NCBI RefSeq assembly: GCF_009914755.1
Contig: NC_060941.1
Source of the DNA: the human T2T-CHM13v2.0 reference genome, Homo sapiens
Length of the DNA stretch: 64,000 bases
Strand: one strand, 5' to 3'
Each line of letters opens with the position of its first letter. Position 1 is the stretch's first letter. A program made the position numbers and the translations under genes. Positions 55,801 to 64,000 of this stretch are shown here, piece by piece. A model generated the notes under the pieces. That model had not been told where the DNA came from, did no database searches, and saw nothing but the letters and a program-made list of their open reading frames with translations.

Positions 55801-57573
55801 TCTTCGAGACAGCAGGGGTAGGCCAGCCTGCCTATGCCACCATAGGAGCTGGTGTGGTCAACACAGTCTTCACCTTGGTCTCGGTAACTGCTCACCTCTG
55901 GAATGGCCCGAGCCACTGGCTTCACCTCCCTGGGTGTCCCGGAGGTCCTGCTCTTGGTTGCCCTCACCCACGCGGCCCCTCCTACTTCCCGTGCCCAAAA
56001 GGCTGGGGTCAAGCTCCGACTCTCCCCGCAGGTGTTGTTGGTGGAGCGGGCGGGGCGCCGGACGCTCCATCTCCTGGGCCTGGCGGGCATGTGTGGCTGT
56101 GCCATCCTGATGACTGTGGCTCTGCTCCTGCTGGTAAGGCCTGGAGGCTAGGAGGGGCTAGCAGCCCACCCCATGGGAATGGTCCTGTGAGTCTCTGTGA
56201 CCAGCCAGGGTCCCTTCTTAACACACATGCTTTCAATCCTGGCGCCAGCTCCGGACCAGGACTGGGGCTGACTGGCTCCAGAATCTGCTGGGATTGTGGT
56301 CTGCTCCTGAGGGATTTGGGCTGCACTGGGAGGCAGCTGTGGCACAACTCTGGCAGCCAGGAGGGAGAGCCCCTGTCAAGCCTCAGGAACAATCATTCCT
56401 AAGGACCCAGCTTTAGAGTCCAGGGAGAGCTGACCGTCATAAGAACTGAGAGGCCATAACATTTCCTCTGCCTTGAACCCACTTGGGATAGCCAGCAGAA
56501 TGCCAGTCAAGGGCCTGCTCTAACCCGGGACAGCAGGCCCCCTACAAGCTGCTGCGGAGGGGGTTAGGTTTCACTTCTCTGAGTTGAGGGCAAGGGAAGA
56601 TCAGAAAGGCCTCAACTGGATTCTCCACCCTCCCTGTCTGGCCCCTAGGAGCGAGTTCCAGCCATGAGCTACGTCTCCATTGTGGCCATCTTTGGCTTCG
56701 TGGCATTTTTTGAGATTGGCCCTGGCCCCATTCCTTGGTTCATCGTGGCCGAGCTCTTCAGCCAGGGACCCCGCCCGGCAGCCATGGCTGTGGCTGGTTT
56801 CTCCAACTGGACGAGCAACTTCATCATTGGCATGGGTTTCCAGTATGTTGCGGTAGGTCCCCCCGCCCCAGCCTCCCACACCGTAGGCCAGAGGTGGGCA
56901 TCACACAGCTAGCCCACCTGCTTCCCCGTCAGGGACTCCTCCAGCCACAGACCATGGGTCTTTGGGTCAGTTTGGTGGACCACCTGCTCCACAGAATCAA
57001 AGCAAGGAAGGGAGCTGACCTAGATTGGATAGTAACTGAGGTGTCTGAAACGCACCAGTGGCATAACTTACCTTACTCCAAGAATAAAATGATACACTTT
57101 GCATTAATACTACAAACAGCTGGGACTCTCCTCTGAGTGCAGTAACTGAGGATGGTGAAGAGGGCGAAAACTAAGAGTGTTTGGGGTTCAGAGAATCCTC
57201 TTTTCAGTGTAAATTCTCATTCCTGCTCATTTCCCTTGTCCCTGGAGGAGGCAGCTGCTGTCTGCCGTCCCCCCAGCTCCCTATGAAGGCCTTTAGCTCC
57301 TGGTTGCCTGAAACTACCCCTTCCCTCCCCACCTCACTCCGTCAACACCTCTTTCTCCACCTGTCCCAGGAGGCTATGGGGCCCTACGTCTTCCTTCTAT
57401 TTGCGGTCCTCCTGCTGGGCTTCTTCATCTTCACCTTCTTAAGAGTACCTGAAACTCGAGGCCGGACGTTTGACCAGATCTCAGCTGCCTTCCACCGGAC
57501 ACCCTCTCTTTTAGAGCAGGAGGTGAAACCCAGCACAGAACTTGAGTATTTAGGGCCAGATGAGAACGACTGA
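52879..57573 (+). CDS. SLC2A4: Insulin-responsive facilitated glucose transporter GLUT4 (509 aa), 11 exons
   Basis: Exons 52879-52911, 54189-54305, 54417-54589, 54682-54806, 54918-55033, 55161-55323, 55429-55616, 55779-55883, 56032-56133, 56649-56852, 57370-57573 total 1530 nt. FQQI motif; [13 protein letters not shown] and GPGPIPW sugar-porter motifs; C-terminal LL and [12 protein letters not shown]. Confidence 0.99.
53715..53910. mobile_element. MIR SINE remnant in SLC2A4 intron 1
   Basis: CCCCATCTCACAGAGGACACTCAGGTTC...GAAGTGACTTGGCCAAGGTCACACA matches the MIR core. Confidence 0.7.
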
Positions 57574-58058
57574 GGGGCCAGGCAGGGGTGGGAGAGCCAG
57601 CTCTCTCTACCCGGCCCAGAGACCCCTTCCTTTCCTCTGCAGCACTTTAACCCTCTCTTCCCTATTATTTCCGGGTGGAAAAGAATCCCTGCAGCCTGGT
57701 AGAATTGGGAAGCTGGGGGAAGGGTGGTCTGAGCACCCCCTCATTCCCCTCGTGTGACTCTCTTGGATTATTTATGTGTTGTGGTTTGGCCGTGGCCATC
57801 AGGGTGGGCCACTCTCCCCTCCCTCTTCCTTCCCCCATCCCCTTTCCTCCCCACCTTCCCCAGACTCAGCTCCAGAATACCTTCTTCGCTGCTAGAGAAG
57901 GGGGATTGGAGGGAAGACAGGTCTAGACTTTCTCAGTGGGACAAACCAGAGCAGAGAGCAGGACAGGAGACAAGAAATCCAGTTTCCCACCACCTTGGAC
58001 TCCTCCCACAATCTGGGACTTTCACTGAATTCTTGCCACGCAGACTCTGGGCAAAGGG

Positions 58059-58364
58059 GTTTTTTTTTTTTTTTTTTTTTTTTTTTTGAGACAGTCTCGC
58101 TCTGTCGCCCAGGCTCGAGTGCAGTGGCGTGATCTTGCTTCACTGCAAGCTGTCTCCCAGGTTCACGCCATTCTCCTGCCTCAGCCTCCGGAGTAGCTGG
58201 GACTACAGGCGCATGCCACCACACCTGGCTAATTTATTTTGTATTTTTAGTATATACGCGGTTTCACCATGTTAGCCAGAATGGTCTCGATCTCCTGACC
58301 TCGTGATCTGCCTGCCTCAGCCTCCCAAAGTGCTGGGATTACAGGCGTGAGCCACCGCGCCTGG
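58059..58364 (-). mobile_element. Alu in the SLC2A4 3'UTR, antisense to the mRNA
   Basis: T29 tail, then Alu consensus ending GAGCCACCGCGCCTGGC; flanks GCAAAGGGG/GCGAAGGG. Confidence 0.92.
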
Positions 58365-58945
58365 CGAAGGGAGTTCTCTCTTGACCCCTGCAGGGAAAAG
58401 GACTCACCTCCCTCACTGCAGGCTCAGCCTTCCAGGGCAAGAGGGAACAGGAAAGTATGTGCCCATGTGTGGCAAGATGGAAGGACGGCAGGCTCCCGCC
58501 TCTAGGCTTGGGGCTCTACCCCGATGGTTTCCCAAGGCTGCCAAGAAGGAGCCCTAACTTTCTTCCTCTCCCTTCCTGGAAGGGTGCTGCATCCACAGGC
58601 TTTTGACCAACTAAGGCAAAGAGGGGATTTGAAAGGCTGCCTGGAAACACTGGGCTGGGAGGAGCCTTTGGATATTTTTATATACGTTTGAAAAGGGGAT
58701 TGAGAGAAGAAACCAAAGGTCGGTTGTACTAAATGTATATATATAGATACTTCTATAAAGTCACTGCTGAAGACAAGCATCCTATTGTGGAGGTACTTGA
58801 GGATGGGCTGAGACAGGGACCATAACTCTTCACCCCTCTTCCTCCCTCTGTCCTGCCTCAGCTCAAGGCCTCAGAATCTTCTGGATGCCATTGCTCATGC
58901 CCCTACTCACATTTCTACTCGTTGCTTTATTAATAGTAAATGCTC

Positions 58946-58951
58946 AATAAA
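58946..58951 (+). terminator. SLC2A4 polyadenylation signal AATAAA
   Basis: First AATAAA I find after the GLUT4 stop codon (~1.37 kb downstream). Confidence 0.65.
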
Positions 58952-59730
58952 TTGTAGCTGCCAGTGCCGGGCATTGCTCTTGGCATTTGCAGAATACTCA
59001 CTCTGTGAGGGAGGTGTCAGCCCATGTCACAGATGGGCAGTGAAACCCATGATAGGGGCACTCTTCACCAGGGACACAGCTGGAGACATGGCAGCAAGGA
59101 TGCCAGGCCCTGCCCACGGCCCCACATCCCCTCCTCCCCACCTTCAACAGTGAGTTACTAGCGATTCTCCAAAACAGAAGAGATGGAGACCAAGACCACA
59201 GGAAAGCCTGTTTTTGTTTTTACTGGAGGCTCAGGTGGCACATGACAGATCATAAAATGGCTTCAGAGGTAGGGGGCCGGGGGAAAACAAAAATAAACTT
59301 GGGGTGGGGGCAAGAAAAGCAACCAGGAGGAGGTAAGAGCTGGCTGGTTCCTTCTCAGCCTGAGTTACGGGAGGGAGTTGCTGTCTCTGAACAGTAAGGA
59401 TGGCTCCCTTCCTTCAACCCTTGATAAGGGGAGGGAAGAAAAAAGAAAAAGCAAAAGGCTGCTGCTTTGGTCCTCCTGAGTCTCAAGGAAAAGGTGAAAA
59501 GCTGGTGTTTTGATGTCATGAATTATGGGAAAGGGGGAGCAGGGTACTGGGTAGGGTACAGGTCATTTGGAAAAACTGGCAGATACCTGAGAGAGAAAAG
59601 GAAATGGACGGATTGTGAACAACAGCGACTTGTCATCGCCACCCAGTACCTCACCTTCCTGGCCACCCACCCAACTGCACCAGCCACTCACCAGATGGCA
59701 GCTCTGGGTGTCCTCTGAGTTGAGTTGGAA

Positions 59731-62700
59731 TCACTCCAGGATGGTGGTGGTGGGGTCCCCACTGTTGACAGGGGCTGAGGTCTAAAGAACAGCGGTGGCC
59801 AATTGAGACTTGTTCTTTTTGTTTTTGAGACAGAGTCTCACTCCAGGTTGGATGGAGTACAGTGGCGTGATCTTGGCTCACTGCAAACTCCCCCTCCCAG
59901 TTCAAGTGATTCTCCTGCCTTAGCCTCCCAAGTAGCTGGGATTACAGGCATGTGCTACCACGCCTGGCTAATTTTTGTATCTTTAGTAGAGACGGGGTTT
60001 CTCCATGTTGGTCAGGCTGGTCTTGAACTCCTGACCCCAACTGATCTGCCTGCTTCTGCCTCCCAAAGTGCTGGGATTACAGGCATGAGACATCGCGCAG
60101 GGCTGAGACTTGTTCTTCAGGGCCCTGAACTTCAACCTTCTTTCACTTTTTCCCTTCCCATTAAAACCTCAATCACACCCCTCAGTTCACATCTACAAGC
60201 TGGTAGGATGGCTCCAGGCAGCAAGTGGGGGATGGGTTGGGGGGGGCATGGCCATCATGGGCAATCATGGGCTTGATTGCCTCTGTGGGGGCTTCCTGGT
60301 GGGAGGCGGCACCTGCCAGGGGGGGACCCAGCAGGCTGCATGGAAGAGGGTGGTGGCAGGGCCAGGGCAGGGGAGGGGAGGAGCCAAAGGATAGAGTAGG
60401 AAAGAAAAAGGAGCAGGTGGGGGAGGGAGCTGGTCTCAGCCTTTTCTTTCATCCCACATCTGAGGTCCTCACCTCAGGGGCTGCGGGCTGCCGGGGGCCA
60501 GGGGCCTGCTGGGGGCCAGGGGCCTGCTGCCGTCTCCGCTGGAAGTAGGGGCGGTTTCGTGGGCGCTGGGGCTCAGGCCGGGAACCATCAGCGGGACCTT
60601 GGCTGGGCTTGGTCTCACCATCCCCACCTTCTGTGGTAGGCTGCTGGCGTGGCCTGGGGCGGAAAGGCCTAAGGCAAGGAACAAGGCTCTGAGGGGACCA
60701 GGGAATACTCCCTCCCCAGGGCTCACCCAGCTGCCCCACCCCACCTCCAGGAGCCAGGCTTCCAGCCCATGAGCACTGCCTCCCCGCAAGGCACCTGTCT
60801 CGCCAGGAGCCCAGGCTCTGCCTAGAGCTTCACCCTTCCATCCTCCTGTCCCTTGCCCCAAGGATCCAACACTGGAAGGGGAAGACCAAGCCCCAGCAGG
60901 GGGGTCTTACCTTCGGTACCTGGGCCGGAATCTGGGCGGGGGGACTCGCTCATCTCCCTGCTGTTGGTGCCCCTCCAATGGGGCTGTCTCTTTGGGTTCT
61001 ACCCTGTCAGTGCCCTGGGAACATGCAAAGGCCCCGGTGAGCTGTGGGGACAGCAGCTGCTCTGGAGCCAGATTATCCACAGCTCTGCCCAACCCTCAGT
61101 TCCTCCTTCTTTGGGGACCCATGGTCTCTATCCTAACTCCCACTCCTCTCCTGAACTTGGGGAACTGGCTCCCATATTCCAGCATCCCCTCACCTCTATA
61201 GGCTGCTGCTGGTTGGGAGGCCGGGGGCCTCGCACAAACCGCCGTCGGTAGAAGAAGGGTGGGGGGCACCATCGTCGGGGCCGTTGCCCAGAGTCTTCAG
61301 CCCGCTCCCCTTTACTGCCAGGTCCTGTCCCCGCCGAGGGGATCTCTGCCACCATGGGTGGTGGGGCAACTGAGGGAGGCCGGGGGATGAATCGGCGGGA
61401 CTTACGTCGGTTGGGGGCATAACGGCTGCCCTTCACGGGTACTCCCCCAGGCCCAGTTACATTAGTGGCTTCTGCGCCCTGGGAAGGTGGTAAGGGAATA
61501 GTGAGAACCTGCTCCAACAGCCAATGTGCATTTCCCAACTTGCTTCCCCTTCTTTCAGGGGAAGACCCCTCTCCAGCTTTCCTTTAGCTCCTCTAACTTC
61601 TTTCTACCCTCCCTGGAGAGGCAGTGGAATGTGCTTGCACCCATTTGGGAAGGAGCAACATGTCCTTTTGAAATAATTGCTACTGCACCCTCCTGAGTAT
61701 ACGACTGGGTGGAGAAAGGCCTGGCAGCCAGCATCCACCTTTTTACTCCAGAGGCGGACTCGGGAAGTCTAGGACAGGGCCCCACGTGGAGAACGGATGT
61801 CGAAGTGCTTGGTGAACTAGAGAAGAAACCCAGACACTGCCGACCGATGACAGGGACATACTTAGGACATCCCTTAGCCCTAGCATTAAGGAAGAGGACA
61901 TCAGGGTGAGAGAACACAGTCCCATTCCCGCAGAACGGGTCAGAGCTGGCCCCAGGAGGGTCTTAGCCTGTGATGACCTCCAGGCCACCCTCCCGTAAGC
62001 CTAGTCAACTCTATACCCCATAGCAGTCCCCAAACCTTCTCTCCTTCCACGACATCAAATTCCACAGTCTCCCCATCTCCAACGCTGCGCAGAAACTTCC
62101 TGGGGTTGTTTCTTTTAATAGCTGTCTGATTGGGGAAAAGGCCATGTGAAAAGTGAGACAGCAAGACAGGAGTCTCTGTCACCCCTGCTGGGGCCACCAC
62201 CCAATTTCATTCTTTCAACATTTGACTTGGGGTCTAGAGCTGGAGGGTGGAGCAAGGAGGTGGTCAAAGTTTAGCAGGGGAAAAGTCCTGAACTCAGGGC
62301 CTCAGCAGATTGTGCAGTTACCACCATCCCCAGGATGCACTCCCCGCACCTCCCCTCCCGCCCCGCTTTACCCCTCAGGGATTTCAGAAAGGGAGGCAAG
62401 AAATATGAACTCCAAAGCAAAAGGCAGGGACAGCCTTCAGTCGCAAAGTGGGTAGAATGCACTGTGCTTCTTACCTCAGTCCCAGTGAGAGCTCTTTCCA
62501 CCAAGCAGTGGTTCTCAAGCTGTAGCGTGCATCAGAATCACCTGGAGAGCTCGTTAAACCGATTGTGGAGCCCCAGCCCCAGCTCTGATTGATTCACCAG
62601 GTCTGGGGTGGGACCTGAGAATTCGGATGTCAGGTGATGCTGCTGCCGCTGGTGCAGGGGCCACGCTTTGAGAACCACTGCACCCAAGGACCTTCTCCCT

Positions 62701-63002
62701 CTGAAAACTGCCTCAGTGCTTCCTGGAGTGTTAACAGGTCCCGGTGGGTAGTAAGCGTGCCATGCCCAGGGGTAACATGCTCAATTCTGACGGACGTTTA
62801 GTAACCCAGCACAAGTGCGGCTAATGGTGGTTGACACAGGCACCCAAGGCGGATGGGCCGTTGTGAAGAAGAGCCAGAGAAACATGGCGGAGCGCACTGC
62901 TAAGGATTACAGCAAAGGCCTTCAAAGACGGCCGGTTCTTCCCCTCAGAAAGCTAACCTAGCTCTTACCTGGTGAACAAAGACATCTTCCTTGGTGTCAT
63001 TC
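59731..63002 (-). CDS. YBX2: Y-box-binding protein 2 (germ-cell cold-shock-domain RNA-binding protein), partial: coding exons 3-8; exons 1-2 lie beyond the right edge
   Basis: Exons 63002-62969 ([11 protein letters not shown]), 62125-62036 ([30 protein letters not shown]), 61478-61194, 61014-60911, 60668-60473, 59781-59731 ([16 protein letters not shown]). Cold-shock domain followed by an Arg/Pro-rich tail. Confidence 0.97.
59818..60103 (-). mobile_element. Alu in YBX2 intron 7
   Basis: Alu consensus; TSD TGAGACTTGTTCTT at 59804-59817 and 60104-60117. Confidence 0.9.
62506..62680. mobile_element. MER5A (hAT-Charlie) MITE in YBX2 intron 3
   Basis: Perfect TIRs CAGTGGTTCTCAA (62506-62518) and TTGAGAACCACTG (62668-62680); internal GCATCAGAATCACCTGG; degenerate 8-bp TSD CCACCAAG/CACCCAAG. 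Confidence 0.9.
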
Positions 63003-64000
63003 CTGCAGAACAGGATGGGTCGTTAAGGAAGGGACTTCAACAAAGCCCTCAGCTCCTCACTGAGGTCCCCCTAGATGCCCAGTCTAAGCTCAGTGGGCCC
63101 ATCCTCTCCAGCATTCCAGTTAGGGGTGGACATGGCCTGGGGAATGGGAGGGAGAGCCAGCAGGGCCCCCAGAAGCTGGTGTAAAGAGAGATACACCTAA
63201 AACCTCAGTGCCAAACCTGGACTTCACAAGGAAAGGGCAGGCTGGGGAGGCAAAGGCACCTTGAGGAACCTCAGACAGCTCTGCCCCTGCCGGGACTCCA
63301 CCTTCCACCCCAGGCTAGCCTTACAACCTGCCAGCGCTGGGTGCAACTGTCCCTGGCCAACACCCCCTCCCCCAACCCCCATCAGGGTTGGAAAATTCCA
63401 GTCTTCTTCCTTCTATAGTCAAGGAGGCAGAAAGTGCAGATGGGGCCAGAGGGGCAGAACAAGTTTGAGAAGGGAACAATGTGTCAGGAACTTGCTCTAA
63501 ACAGCTGCCAAACTTTATTCTCATCCTCAGCCTGGAGGTGAATCCCAGAGTCAGGACCACTCTCAACACGCGTGGGACCAAGGGTGAGAGAGAAGAAAAC
63601 ATTCACCCATTCTCTATCATAAGAACCCCAGTGGGTGGGGGGAGGGGAGAAAGGAAAAGTTTTCCTGGAGGCACTCTGCCCCCGACCCAGTCTGCCATTT
63701 CCAGAATTAGACAGGGACCCTTCCCCAGAACAAACGTTTTAGCTTTAAAGCACTTGGATCTGCACAAAGGTCAGCCTGCTAAGAGGGAACTAGGGCCTCC
63801 CAGGAGAGCCAGGCCGGGCAGGATGCCTGGGCTGGGGAAGGGCCCACTGGGGGAGACCTGGCTCTGCTCAGAATCCACTGCCACAGCCTCTCCCGGTGCT
63901 GAGGGGTGGGGCTGCCTACTGAAGGAAAGCAGCAGCCTCTGGCTCCTTCCTCCTGACCCCCACTGTCAGCCTCAGTCCCAACAGGTGGAGGGCTCGAATG

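Noticed and set aside
60493-60530. 18-bp tandem repeat
   Set aside because: Coding repeat QQAPGP x2 within YBX2 exon 7; explained by the gene.

Overview
Human genomic DNA from the gene-dense 17p13.1 locus, identified by recognising the encoded proteins. In order: DVL2 (minus strand, coding exons 1-8, 3' part runs off the left edge), PHF23 (-), GABARAP (-), CTDNEP1/Dullard (-), ELP5 (+, divergent from CTDNEP1), CLDN7 (-, convergent with ELP5), a ~16.5 kb intergenic block saturated with Alus over old L1/L2/MER20 remnants and a Y1 RNA retrocopy, SLC2A4/GLUT4 (+, complete, with its MEF2/LXRE/Domain I promoter), and YBX2 (-, exons 3-9; the 5' end is off the right edge). I reconstructed every exon from GT-AG boundaries. 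The spliced lengths match the known proteins: PHF23 403 aa, GABARAP 117, CTDNEP1 244, ELP5 316, CLDN7 211, GLUT4 509. Most entries in the ORF track are Alu translations or GC-rich shadows. I found no evidence of a new protein-coding system. The most unusual sequence-level observations are: interlocked ELP5/CLDN7 poly(A) signals; a Y1-RNA+Alu unit inside one target-site duplication; an AACTAC motif array with an antisense ORF in PHF23 intron 1; a cryptic decayed pentamer repeat in DVL2 intron 1; a tail-to-tail Alu pair joined by a perfect palindrome; and several uORFs and in-frame retainable introns.
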